From: a virus
Length of the DNA stretch: 64,000 nucleotides
Virus record (IMG/VR): IMGVR_UViG_3300021964_000017
Strand: one strand, 5' to 3'
This document shows positions 7,922 to 17,296 of this stretch, piece after piece. The first letter of the stretch is position 1, and the number at the start of each line of letters is the position of its first letter. The notes below the pieces were generated by a model. That model was not told the origin of the DNA and searched no databases. It worked only from the letters and a program-made list of their open reading frames with translations. The translations under genes and the position numbers were made by a program.

Positions 7922-8399
7922 TTTAAACGAAGAAGATTTTCATTGGGCTTTGGATATTGGAGACAACATCACGGAACCCAATTGGACTATACGTCCATAC
8001 AAACTAAATGATCAAGAGATGGATCGTATTTCTTATCTTACAGATCAAATTGGTACAGCTCCTAGCTATGCAGCAATAATAATGGTTCCAGCGAATAGTG
8101 TTTGTAAAACTCATGTTGATGACAAGGCTGATACTGCTGGAGTCAAACAAAGAATAACTGCTATCAACATTCCTATTCAAGTACACCAATCTTCTATGTT
8201 TCAATACATGATTAATGATCCATTTGCAGGAGAGATGGCTATAGAAATGGTTAAACTTAACACACCTAAATGTTGGAGGGTTGATATACCCCACAGAGTA
8301 GACAATAGTAAAAGTCCGTTTAACAGAGTTGTTCTAAGCCTATCTTATACTCAAACAATAGAGGAACTACATGAAGTATATCGTGCCATTAAAAATTGA
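7896..8399 (+). CDS. Fe(II)/2OG oxygenase-like cupin, paralog of 5538..6026
   Basis: THVD...PHRVDNSKSPFNRVVLSLSY, nearly identical blocks. Confidence 0.7.
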   Translation: MNWFEVDVNLNEEDFHWALDIGDNITEPNWTIRPYKLNDQEMDRISYLTDQIGTAPSYAAIIMVPANSVCKTHVDDKADTAGVKQRITAINIPIQVHQSSMFQYMINDPFAGEMAIEMVKLNTPKCWRVDIPHRVDNSKSPFNRVVLSLSYTQTIEELHEVYRAIKN

Positions 8400-8937
8400 A
8401 TATGATAAGAATCAATTTCTAGAATTCATTAATCGAAAAAATTTAGATTATGATGCATTGGCCCAAAAGAAACGATGGCACAATAACTTTCCTGTTGAAG
8501 AATTAAACATCGGACCTATCCAGCAATACATGAAGGATGTTGTTCTAATTCTTAGTTTGTTTCCAAAGTATCAAATACCAATTCATGCAGATGGTGCAGG
8601 GACCAGATTAGACAATACCTACAATGTCAGTATTAATTTTCCTGTTGCTAATTGCACTGAAGAGACAGTCACTCACTTCTGGGATTTTGAAGACAGACGT
8701 GAGATAAAATATATTCATCATGAGAAGTTGGGGACACGAGAAATAGTTGATAAGGACCAACTAGTAGTTGCACAAGATTATGTGTTTAGAGATACGCCTG
8801 TGCTATTCAGAAATGAATATCCTCATAGTGTATCTAATAAATGTAATAATTTGAGATTAATGTTAAGCTGGAGATTTAAACCAGAATATTCGTGGGAACA
8901 GGCAATTGAACTATGTGAGCAACATCACCTGTCATAA
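8371..8937 (+). CDS. Fe(II)/2OG oxygenase-like cupin
   Basis: IPIHAD...SINFP...PHSV...RLMLSW. Confidence 0.65.
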   Translation: MKYIVPLKIEYDKNQFLEFINRKNLDYDALAQKKRWHNNFPVEELNIGPIQQYMKDVVLILSLFPKYQIPIHADGAGTRLDNTYNVSINFPVANCTEETVTHFWDFEDRREIKYIHHEKLGTREIVDKDQLVVAQDYVFRDTPVLFRNEYPHSVSNKCNNLRLMLSWRFKPEYSWEQAIELCEQHHLS

Positions 8938-9325
8938 TATAGTGTTGATTGATAGTCCATTTATCTCGCTCAATTATAGTTTGTTGATAAACCTGATCAA
9001 ATAGATCCTTACCTGTAATTCTTTCTAGCGATTGCTTTACAAGGTCAATTCTTCTATATGATGTTGCAATTGTATAGTTCTCCATCACGTACTGATAGAT
9101 CTTGTTATCTAGTTTATGTAAGGAATGCCAATGGCCATGTAATACATGCTTGTGACCATATACTATTTCTTCTACATTATATTCATTTTTTCCAAGATAT
9201 TCAGGTGTGTGCAACACACCATGCGCAGGAAGTTTATTATGCTTTTCTGCAAGATAGTTTACTAATGCTTTGGATGCAGTTCGTGGAAAACTAATTACTG
9301 CTATATTAGAAATTGTGTTCTCCAT
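8876..9325 (-). CDS. Sulfotransferase-like protein
   Basis: VISFPRTAS resembles the 5'-PSB loop; YRR..LVKQS resembles the 3'-PB motif. Confidence 0.5.
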   Translation of the reverse strand: MENTISNIAVISFPRTASKALVNYLAEKHNKLPAHGVLHTPEYLGKNEYNVEEIVYGHKHVLHGHWHSLHKLDNKIYQYVMENYTIATSYRRIDLVKQSLERITGKDLFDQVYQQTIIERDKWTINQHYIMTGDVAHIVQLPVPTNILV

Positions 9326-9993
9326 AACAACCTTTCGCCTTCAAACGCTATACGCTTATGATTCATCCTTAGATTATCCCATACAAGTATTTCGTTATCT
9401 TTCCATTTATGTTTGTATGCGTTTTCTTCACAGTATTCTCTAATTGGTGTAACATCCCAATCAAAGTTTTGTAGTGTTCCTATGCTACAATATAATATCT
9501 CTTCGCCTGTAATATGGTGATTTATAATGAACGGACGAGTGGCCTTTTGTTTTTCTAAAATACGCAGCTGCTTTTCCGTAAAGCATTGTCCATGTAGGTT
9601 TTGTGGAGGATAATATTCTCCTACTGCATCCTTATAGATATGTTTTAAGATATCTGGTGCTTTACTCATATCACAAAACCAAGTAGGCGACAAGTGTGCA
9701 TTACTTACATTGTATAGTATTGTGCCAAAATAGTTACCTCTACCATAACTCCAATCATGATGCCACTGTACATCATCATTACCAAATAATCCACTATTGC
9801 TTAATTCCTGTACAGTTCTATTTTCATTAAGGACATGCTTTGTTGTTACTAACGGTTTACCTAATGCATTAGCAATCTTTTCGAATTGTTCTATAGTAAT
9901 CTTACCTGGCATTTGTATCTTAAGCAATCCATAATTTAGGAGATCGTCACGCAATGTGTGTAACCACTTATCCTGCCATTCTATTTCAAGCAT
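9301..9993 (-). CDS. TauD/TfdA-family dioxygenase
   Basis: WHHDWSY, TWFCDM, HKW...LVWDNLRMNHKR...RLLWR. Confidence 0.85.
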   Translation of the reverse strand: MLEIEWQDKWLHTLRDDLLNYGLLKIQMPGKITIEQFEKIANALGKPLVTTKHVLNENRTVQELSNSGLFGNDDVQWHHDWSYGRGNYFGTILYNVSNAHLSPTWFCDMSKAPDILKHIYKDAVGEYYPPQNLHGQCFTEKQLRILEKQKATRPFIINHHITGEEILYCSIGTLQNFDWDVTPIREYCEENAYKHKWKDNEILVWDNLRMNHKRIAFEGERLLWRTQFLI

Positions 9994-10582
9994 TGTATTC
10001 TCCTAAATGTTTTTCCATTTGTTCAAAGGTTAAATCTGGAAGTTCAATATGTAACATTAGCCTGTCTTTGTTAATATTTTTAACACCATGTCTTTTCATT
10101 ACATTCATTATAACTGGCTGTGTTATATTGTAGCTTCCACCATCCGGATAATATGTTAATGCTTCAGTAGTCTCAAACTCATTATAAAAAAGAGGAAGCA
10201 TTAACAAACAATTTTTTCTATAAGGATAATCGCCATGTACAGGAACATCTTCTCCTGCACGCTGCATAAAAAATGTAATTAATCCTGGCTTTAGTCCCAA
10301 ACCACTTAATTGTGCAATTATGGGTATTATACTTTCATGCATAACATCTGGATATGCTATAATGTCTGTCCTTGCCTGACTTTGTACGCCTTTACTTTGT
10401 AAATGCTTTTTTAGATCTCTTATGCTATCACCTTCAAAGTACCCATAATCACGTTTAAATTCATCTACGTATGTTGCTGGTGTATCCTCCAGCATTTCTA
10501 ATGATAATTTTTTAAAATATCTGTAAAGGGCAGCTGTGCAATATGTTATATCAATCAGTAATATTTCACTGGTGTGTGGCAA
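9986..10582 (-). CDS. Fe(II)/2OG oxygenase-like cupin
   Basis: VPVHGD...RHGV...DRLMLHI. Confidence 0.6.
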   Translation of the reverse strand: MPHTSEILLIDITYCTAALYRYFKKLSLEMLEDTPATYVDEFKRDYGYFEGDSIRDLKKHLQSKGVQSQARTDIIAYPDVMHESIIPIIAQLSGLGLKPGLITFFMQRAGEDVPVHGDYPYRKNCLLMLPLFYNEFETTEALTYYPDGGSYNITQPVIMNVMKRHGVKNINKDRLMLHIELPDLTFEQMEKHLGEYNA

Positions 10583-10584
10583 GG

Positions 10585-11457
10585 TTAAGAGGCTTCTGAC
10601 ATGAGACTTTCACAAGTCCATGTTTCAGAAGTTTCTCTCTTAGGGGTAAGCCAGATTCCAGCTCTCCATAATTCACGGTCTCCATCATATGCGTCCCTCT
10701 TGTGCAAGCTGTGGTGTTGATCACTCAGTACAATGTCGTACTGATCCCACTTATGAGTGTAGACATACTTGTCGCTAAGCGTATGTTCTTTTAGTTTATA
10801 ATACAAGTCATGTTGCTGATCATGAGTAAGTCCAGTGAATCCTCTAATAACACTCCAAGGGAAATACAACCCTTCCTTGTTGTTTATAGGATGAATTGTT
10901 ACCAGATCTTTTCTGGGCGCTTGCTTTTCAAATGATGTCTGACCATCAATGTCTCTAAATTCCATCATAGTCTGTTCGTCACTGAAAACATTTTTATAAT
11001 GCATCTTCTCTAACTTCATTTTTGCATTATACGTAACAGTCTTTGACTTTACCTTTCGGCAAACATCTTTTGTATCATCATCTAAGTCTTCCCATGCAGA
11101 TTGGTGATCAGTAAAATAAGTGTCACCACCACTATCTGCTTTTTGATGCATATACATTGCAACAATGTCATCGTGGCCAGTTCTATTCATACCTGCACTA
11201 TGCCATTCTAACTCACCATCATCCTTGCCTGCAAACAAACCATTCTGTCTTACCTTGACAAGTTCTCCAGTAGCAATGGTGCCTGTTACCTTTTTGTTTT
11301 GTTTTACAACATCACCTATCTTCTTGTAGAACTCTATCAGAGTTTGAGGAGCAAGAGGCACTTTATTTTTTATGATAACAGTTCTATACTCTCCAATCAA
11401 TTCTCTAATTCTTGGAGCATCCGTATCATAATTTATGTCATTTACAATATAAGTCAT
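10585..11457 (-). CDS. TauD/TfdA-family enzyme with HxA in place of HxD (candidate halogenase)
   Basis: EWHSAG, GGDTYFTD, LVTIHP, YTHKW...SDQHHSLHKR...RELWR. Confidence 0.8.
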   Translation of the reverse strand: MTYIVNDINYDTDAPRIRELIGEYRTVIIKNKVPLAPQTLIEFYKKIGDVVKQNKKVTGTIATGELVKVRQNGLFAGKDDGELEWHSAGMNRTGHDDIVAMYMHQKADSGGDTYFTDHQSAWEDLDDDTKDVCRKVKSKTVTYNAKMKLEKMHYKNVFSDEQTMMEFRDIDGQTSFEKQAPRKDLVTIHPINNKEGLYFPWSVIRGFTGLTHDQQHDLYYKLKEHTLSDKYVYTHKWDQYDIVLSDQHHSLHKRDAYDGDRELWRAGIWLTPKRETSETWTCESLMSEAS

Positions 11458-11954
11458 TTTTTCTCCATCAATAGTTCAGCAGTATTATTTATAGGTGTCC
11501 AAGCTATATGCTGATAATCATTCTCTGTCATTCTATACAATTGATCGGGAGTATGCCATAGCTGAGGTAAGTATTTTTTATAATGATTAAACGCTTGAGT
11601 CTTTGCTTCTCTACTCATGAACGCACAATCAAAACCAAGTTGTTTAGCAACGATTAGTTGTTGATCGATCATCTGCAATGTTTCTTGTGACACTCTTGCT
11701 TTTTTATTTTCAAATCTATAGTTAGGAACTTTATAAAACCTATTTAAAATTCGACAATTGTTCTGCCAATATGGTCTCCATATTACTGAAGAAAATCCTC
11801 CGGCAAAAACTGATACTGCTTCCCACTCTTGTGTTTTTAATTGTTGATATGAATAATTAAGGCGTAGCTTGTCGTTTGGAAGATTACTTACCATTTCCTT
11901 TATTTGTTCTATACAATCGATAAAGTCTGGATGATCTCTAATAACCGTTTTCAT
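11454..11954 (-). CDS. Hypothetical protein, possible GNAT-like fold
   Basis: RILNRFYKVPNYR...AKQLGFDCAFMSRE pattern. Confidence 0.55.
   Translation of the reverse strand: MKTVIRDHPDFIDCIEQIKEMVSNLPNDKLRLNYSYQQLKTQEWEAVSVFAGGFSSVIWRPYWQNNCRILNRFYKVPNYRFENKKARVSQETLQMIDQQLIVAKQLGFDCAFMSREAKTQAFNHYKKYLPQLWHTPDQLYRMTENDYQHIAWTPINNTAELLMEKK
11486..11493 (-). promoter_or_regulatory. Late promoter upstream of the TauD pair
   Basis: TATAAATA about 30 bp upstream of 11457. Confidence 0.6.
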
Positions 11955-12870
11955 TTTTCTTCACGTGTTCAAAAAAAGGAGCAATCTTAAAGTTTTCTGT
12001 TAACCTACCTCTGTTAGGATTATCATGATCAATCACCCCATCGTCATTTGTCTGCCAATCAATAAGGCGAATAAGAACTGTACCAGCTCTAGTTTTATAT
12101 GGAAACATCATAGACGTAAGAGCCTCCATTGTAGGTCCTGCCTTTACTACTCCAGCAGATGTTTGTATCATTTGATCTTTTGTAACGCCCAGTCTATACT
12201 CAGCCATATCAATTAACTCTTCCATGGTATGAGAACAATCTTCCATATACCGCCCGATGGCACCAACGCTTTTCATTCTTAATACTGGAGTAATTTTATT
12301 GTAAGGTTTAGTTGTATCGAAGTTTATACCATGAGCAATTGCTCTTTCTGCAAACAGCTCTATCTGTCTTAACATGGTAAACTCATTAACTCCTTTTGCA
12401 ATAATTGTTCCGGTATTAACAGGAAGTCTTTGTTCAAATATATTGTCCAGAGCTCTTACTTTTACTGTTGCCCATTTGCCATTATCAAGCTCCTTGTATA
12501 CCAAATCATCATCTGCTCCATTCATACTATGAAGCAACAACCTTAGACCAGAATCTTTCAATTGTTTGACGTAAGATTTGTTTGCTAGCTTTAAACCATT
12601 AGTTGTTAGACTAGGTCTATGGCCAAGAGACTTTACCATATAAATTATCTCACATATATCTTCTCTCATTGTGGGCTCAGCACCAATTAATCTAATGTAA
12701 GTTCTAAATGGAAGTTTTTTAAGAAAGTCGTATAGATTGCTTGTTGGTAGATCGGGAACATCTCTATTGGGAATGTAGCAGTTAGCACATTCCATGTTAC
12801 ATCTGTGAGTTAAATCAACTACAATGTTTGAGAACGTATTGTTCTCTGGATCGAGTTCATAATAATTCAT
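11938..12870 (-). CDS. Radical SAM protein (MoaA-like N-terminal domain, no C-terminal Cys cluster)
   Basis: CNMECANC (CxxxCxxC), LIGAEPT, LTTNG; start MNYYE after a GAGG RBS. Confidence 0.85.
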   Translation of the reverse strand: MNYYELDPENNTFSNIVVDLTHRCNMECANCYIPNRDVPDLPTSNLYDFLKKLPFRTYIRLIGAEPTMREDICEIIYMVKSLGHRPSLTTNGLKLANKSYVKQLKDSGLRLLLHSMNGADDDLVYKELDNGKWATVKVRALDNIFEQRLPVNTGTIIAKGVNEFTMLRQIELFAERAIAHGINFDTTKPYNKITPVLRMKSVGAIGRYMEDCSHTMEELIDMAEYRLGVTKDQMIQTSAGVVKAGPTMEALTSMMFPYKTRAGTVLIRLIDWQTNDDGVIDHDNPNRGRLTENFKIAPFFEHVKKNENGY

Positions 12871-12943
12871 ATTGTTACCCTCGTTATGGACGTTTTGCCC
12901 TCGTCCGCACACTACTATTTATTGCATAATATTTTTACATTAT

Positions 12944-13261
12944 CTACCAGTTTAATTCGTAACCTATCACAGCACCTACTGTATCTTTGCCTTCTAATGC
13001 AGGTGCTACAAAAAAGTTTTTGTATGTTCCTCTCACATAAGGAATAACATCTGCTTGAGGATAGCCTGTGACTGCTCCTGCCTCCAAACCAAAGCCGTTG
13101 TATTCCCAACGTTTGCCAGCATAGGTGCTTATGTTACTTTCTGAGTTGTAGTATACACCCGCAATATAGTTTTGCTCATTATATCTTATGTGCGGGTGTA
13201 TGCTATTGTAGTCGCCTTGTAATCCTAAGTGTAGGCTAAATGCCAACGCTAATTCAATCAA
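12944..13261 (-). CDS. Small outer-membrane beta-barrel-like protein
   Basis: Amphipathic strands, YYNSE...GAVTGY, C-terminal GYELNW beta-signal. Confidence 0.55.
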   Translation of the reverse strand: MIELALAFSLHLGLQGDYNSIHPHIRYNEQNYIAGVYYNSESNISTYAGKRWEYNGFGLEAGAVTGYPQADVIPYVRGTYKNFFVAPALEGKDTVGAVIGYELNW

Positions 13262-13398
13262 TTACACACTCCTCATATTTGCAAGGATTTAACATTTGAT
13301 CCCATTTGGGGCCAACACTTTCCCAATACACTTTACTCGTTCCACCATATGAAAAAATAGTGTATAATAAGAACATCAGTCCCACTACCATTATAATA

Positions 13399-13821
13399 CT
13401 AATCTTCCACATCGCGATTGTCCCATGGTGCGTTTTCGTAACAGCCTGCTGGCAGTTTATCTTTGTAACTTACGCCTGCTTTGAATCCATTTTGAGTTTG
13501 TTCTAGGTATGCACTCTCAAACGGCATATCTCTTGGCTTGCCCCAGCAACGATTTAAGCTTTGGCCTGGAACTCTGTATCTGGGATTGTGTTTTAGAAAG
13601 TCTCTTAGCTCTGCCAACTCAGCTGCTTGTATCTTCATACGTACCTTCATAGCGCAACTTGCTATCTTCGTAAAGTCGATAGTGTCGAACTTATCAATTG
13701 AGTAGTTATGATCAGATAGACATTTCTTCAATCCGTTGTTATATGTCTCTTCTGCGTTTGCGTGGTTAAATGTAAAGAAAACTAAACAGCCAATTACTAA
13801 ACACCGTAATACATTTTTCAT
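13399..13821 (-). CDS. Exported hypothetical protein
   Basis: Signal peptide ending ANA; paired cysteines. Confidence 0.7.
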   Translation of the reverse strand: MKNVLRCLVIGCLVFFTFNHANAEETYNNGLKKCLSDHNYSIDKFDTIDFTKIASCAMKVRMKIQAAELAELRDFLKHNPRYRVPGQSLNRCWGKPRDMPFESAYLEQTQNGFKAGVSYKDKLPAGCYENAPWDNRDVED

Positions 13822-13842
13822 TATGTGTTATTATTTCATCTC

Positions 13843-14484
13843 CTAATTTGCTAGTGGATTATCCAATGCTCGCTGCAGCTTCGTATTCAATGCGTCTTGC
13901 AGTTCTCTCATTTCACGAGCAATCTTTGCTTCTAGGTCAGTCATACGCTGGCCACTAGACTCACGCAGATCTGTTGCTTTAGTATCGTATTGATTCTGTA
14001 GTGCATCTCTCTTATTATCAAAACGCTCTTCAGCATTCTGAATAATCTGTCTGATGTCTGCTTCTGTCTCTCGTACCAACTTCTCTACTCTACGAGTCTG
14101 ATCTTCAAGGTAACCAATCTGTGAGTTGGTGTCTACTTTGTTCTCGCGGTTGCGGGTGTTTGCATCATCTAACTGCTTTTGTATAGCAATAAGCTGAATA
14201 GTGATTTCTTTATTTACATTTTCAAGTGACGCTTCTATCTGTTGATTGCGTGTTTCAATTACATCAACATCAATGTTTTGAACAATCTCTTTCATACCCA
14301 TGTAGTCGTCATACACTTGGAAAGCACCGTACAGACCACCGACGATTGAACTGAGCAACGCAAACAGCATACCAATAGTTGTTGGTGTCATTGTGATACC
14401 AAACAACTTCATTTTAGTGTTCTTGAGATTTTCTACTTCTTGTTCAAAATTCTCTATGCCTTCGCCAAGATCTTTATCGGCCAT
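13843..14484 (-). CDS. Membrane-anchored coiled-coil protein
   Basis: One TM helix, then a long heptad-rich region ending ALDNPLAN. Confidence 0.8.
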   Translation of the reverse strand: MADKDLGEGIENFEQEVENLKNTKMKLFGITMTPTTIGMLFALLSSIVGGLYGAFQVYDDYMGMKEIVQNIDVDVIETRNQQIEASLENVNKEITIQLIAIQKQLDDANTRNRENKVDTNSQIGYLEDQTRRVEKLVRETEADIRQIIQNAEERFDNKRDALQNQYDTKATDLRESSGQRMTDLEAKIAREMRELQDALNTKLQRALDNPLAN

Positions 14485-14495
14485 CTAAACTTCTC

Positions 14496-14918
14496 CTAGT
14501 TTTCAAACTGTGCTGTACTAGACTCATTCAAACGCCTAAGAGCCTCTAACTCTTGTTGCAGCTTTAAAACTTCTAGTCGCTTTTTCCTCAGCTCTAATTG
14601 ATATAAACTGTTACAGTTAATTCTTTCTTTGGGTTTGTCCAATGGAATAACAATACGTGCATACACACCCACATCTTTTTCGCTATTGCCATAATCAGGA
14701 GATCCAAACGGACTTGCATAATTATCAATGATACCAGTAAGACCAAATTCAAGTTGTGTCGCGCCACCGATAGAGTTCTTACAATCTATGTCCCCAGCTC
14801 TAATGCTGTCTGATCCATATGAACTACCAGCTCCTGGCAGCGACAATCCAATTCCTGCATTATCAGCTAATCCTTGAATTGGGAATAACATAACACATGC
14901 TATAATATATTTTTTCAT
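14496..14918 (-). CDS. Exported protein with a Cys-flanked beta-hairpin and C-terminal coiled coil
   Basis: Signal peptide; DC...LEFGLTG...GVYARIVIPL...INCNSLYQLEL. Confidence 0.75.
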   Translation of the reverse strand: MKKYIIACVMLFPIQGLADNAGIGLSLPGAGSSYGSDSIRAGDIDCKNSIGGATQLEFGLTGIIDNYASPFGSPDYGNSEKDVGVYARIVIPLDKPKERINCNSLYQLELRKKRLEVLKLQQELEALRRLNESSTAQFEN

Positions 14919-15304
14919 TCGCCTGGCCCCCCTACCTTAGAACAAATCTTAGATGAGATCGCTGTCCGATTAACAACCGATTTGCGTAATTTTGATACAG
15001 AGCATATGTAAGTAACTTTGTCCTTATTAATGTCTTGAACGTAAATATCAAACGTCACTGCGCTCAGGTATGGAATTTTATAAACTTTGTAACTGGAAAC
15101 GAACCGAATGGGTTTCCAATCTTTAGTGAAAACTCCAATTTCATAGTACTCAATCTCCGGTCTTTTATTGAATACTGTTAAGGAAGTCTTATGCAGACCT
15201 TCCATATAAGATGGTGCCAACTTGGGATATGTTGGCACCATCTCATGTGCATTTACAGGAGAACAAACAATACACACTAGCATAAACAAGACATAACGTA
15301 ACAT
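14915..15304 (-). CDS. Exported protein resembling a single-domain fimbrial chaperone
   Basis: Signal peptide (VNA-HEM); P..P, LTVFN, beta-rich Ig-like pattern, two C-terminal Cys. Confidence 0.55.
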   Translation of the reverse strand: MLRYVLFMLVCIVCSPVNAHEMVPTYPKLAPSYMEGLHKTSLTVFNKRPEIEYYEIGVFTKDWKPIRFVSSYKVYKIPYLSAVTFDIYVQDINKDKVTYICSVSKLRKSVVNRTAISSKICSKVGGPGE

Positions 15305-15313
15305 AAGTAATCC

Positions 15314-15832
15314 TTACTTCGCGATACAGGAAGCCTCTACAAGTGCTGTATAGTTGCCTCCAGGGAACGCTTTAGAACCACCCATTGTGGCTGTTGAAGA
15401 AGTTTCAAACCATGTTGATCCAGTAGCAGTAAGATCATAGCGATCTGTCATTCCTGTTTCAATTTTATTGGTTTCGTACGATCCCATCCCCGTTGCATCT
15501 GACAATGTCTTGACGGATGTGTCCCCAGCCCAGGTAACAAGGTCTGGAAGGTTAGGTGCAGATGAAAAGCTACTGGGCGCAGTAATATCCACGTAGTATG
15601 CGTTTGCTAGAGTCACATCTACTCGGATAATTGGAAGTGCTCCACCATCGGCTGGTGTTGTGGATAGTGTATAAGCATTAGGGTTTCCGTAGATCCCAGG
15701 TTGGTCTGTTTGAATAATACAGCGACTTTGTACGGTACCATTAATAGGTGTGTCTTGTGCTTGCGAGATACCTGGTTGTACCAGAAGTGGTACAAGGAGT
15801 ACTGCAAGCGCACCTCTTTTTAAAGTTAACAT
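15314..15832 (-). CDS. Exported fimbrial-subunit (pilin)-like protein
   Basis: Signal peptide; INGTVQSRC near the mature N-terminus; PGGNYTALVEASC at the C-terminus; Thr/Ser/Gly rich. Confidence 0.6.
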   Translation of the reverse strand: MLTLKRGALAVLLVPLLVQPGISQAQDTPINGTVQSRCIIQTDQPGIYGNPNAYTLSTTPADGGALPIIRVDVTLANAYYVDITAPSSFSSAPNLPDLVTWAGDTSVKTLSDATGMGSYETNKIETGMTDRYDLTATGSTWFETSSTATMGGSKAFPGGNYTALVEASCIAK

Positions 15833-15842
15833 TTTATTCTCC

Positions 15843-16748
15843 TTAGTTTTCGTTTAGGGTATATTGCATATCAATCATTTGCTTGTGTAACAACTGCTGA
15901 GCTAATCCATTACGTAAACCATTCTTTGCATCAGGAATTTTTGTATCTACTAATGATACACTTTCATTGTATTGTCCACCTGGAATACTAGCTATCAAAT
16001 ATGTTGAAGCGATTGCGGTTTGAGCAACCTCATTCATTAACTGTATTCTTTGATTCTCCGCTAACAACGCATTTGTGTCGATAGCAGACATTGCCTTTTC
16101 CAGTCTGTATTTTCTCTTCAGTTCTTCTTCTTCTTCTTTTTTCTTCTTTTCAGATTCTTCTAAATTCTCTACATCTTGCTCTAAAGAAACCTTGCGGTCA
16201 AGCTCAATGTTCTCATCTTTGGTTGCATCATATACATCATCCAGACTAACCTGGGGGATGTCTGGCACCGGCGTCACATATCCAGGACAGTTCGGATCAA
16301 ACTGTGGATCATAACAAGGGGTAACCTTGTAGGTATATATCACACTCGCATCGTAAACTGAACCATTTCCTTGCACATCAATACTACCAGGTCCCCATAG
16401 CTCTCTAGGCAGATCACCCACAGCAACAACTTTATTAATCTGCGTGCCAGCTATTGATCCTGGCTTCCAATCATCTCGCTGTCTAAAGATATATCCAGTC
16501 CCATCCGCGTTCTCGTTTTGGACATAAACTGTAACCCATTCACCCGTTTCTTTTTGAATTCTATAACTGTATATTACATTCTGAATATCCAACCCAGCAG
16601 GATCTGGTAACACGCCGCCCATAGACCAGCTTAAAGACTGATCTGTTATAGCGTTTCCAGTATACCCGAAGTACGGTGCTATGCTATCAGAGTAGCAGTA
16701 GGAAGGCCAAAACGCCAGCGCCGACAACAGGAGCAGCTTTTTCTGCAT
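15843..16748 (-). CDS. Exported protein: beta-rich domain, CYDPQFDPNCPGY linker, charged coiled coil
   Basis: N-terminal hydrophobic signal; domain pattern read from the translation. Confidence 0.75.
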   Translation of the reverse strand: MQKKLLLLSALAFWPSYCYSDSIAPYFGYTGNAITDQSLSWSMGGVLPDPAGLDIQNVIYSYRIQKETGEWVTVYVQNENADGTGYIFRQRDDWKPGSIAGTQINKVVAVGDLPRELWGPGSIDVQGNGSVYDASVIYTYKVTPCYDPQFDPNCPGYVTPVPDIPQVSLDDVYDATKDENIELDRKVSLEQDVENLEESEKKKKEEEEELKRKYRLEKAMSAIDTNALLAENQRIQLMNEVAQTAIASTYLIASIPGGQYNESVSLVDTKIPDAKNGLRNGLAQQLLHKQMIDMQYTLNEN

Positions 16749-17286
16749 CTATAGGTCCCATTAGTTTGAGTTCTTTTTCAGTCTCTTCAACATGAGTTTC
16801 CCAACCCAGCTTAGCCGCTTCACCAATTAAACCTTGATATGGACAAGGTGTTCCTGCGTTCATCATTGCCTTAAAGACGTTTTCATCTTGACACATAGTT
16901 GAAACTGCGGCCACCTTCATGCCCATATCGTAGAGCACTTTTGCATTTTTCAATCGCTGACAATTCTCTTCAGTGAATGTACCACCCGCCGAGATACCTA
17001 AGATCTGTGTTTGTACAGATGCTGAAGCACCAATTGTACATAAGTCACTATTATTCCCAGAACTAAACTGTGGTGATATTGCGGATGGGGGTGGCTGCTT
17101 AATAGTTGTTGTCATTTGTCCACTGGTAGTGATATTACTATCATTGCCTGACAAAGTACACACATACCCTTCAGGACATTCAACATCTTGAGCATGTGCT
17201 GATGTTGCGAGTGCCGCAACTATCAACATACCAAAGAACATCACTACAACTAGCCAAATAATTTTATGCAACATGTTAAACTCCAT
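16687..17286 (-). CDS. Exported/membrane Cys-rich protein, first gene of a late operon
   Basis: Signal peptide AHA-Q; PPPSAISP...DLC...GISAG...NCQRLK...MCQD...GTPCP; C-terminal hydrophobic anchor. Confidence 0.8.
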   Translation of the reverse strand: MEFNMLHKIIWLVVVMFFGMLIVAALATSAHAQDVECPEGYVCTLSGNDSNITTSGQMTTTIKQPPPSAISPQFSSGNNSDLCTIGASASVQTQILGISAGGTFTEENCQRLKNAKVLYDMGMKVAAVSTMCQDENVFKAMMNAGTPCPYQGLIGEAAKLGWETHVEETEKELKLMGPIDAEKAAPVVGAGVLAFLLLL

Positions 17287-17296
17287 TCATCAGTCC

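Noticed and set aside
12875-12912. GGACGAGGGCAAAACGTCC hairpin before the radical SAM gene, considered as a guanidine or c-di-GMP riboswitch
   Set aside because: Only short words match; no second hairpin or pseudoknot.
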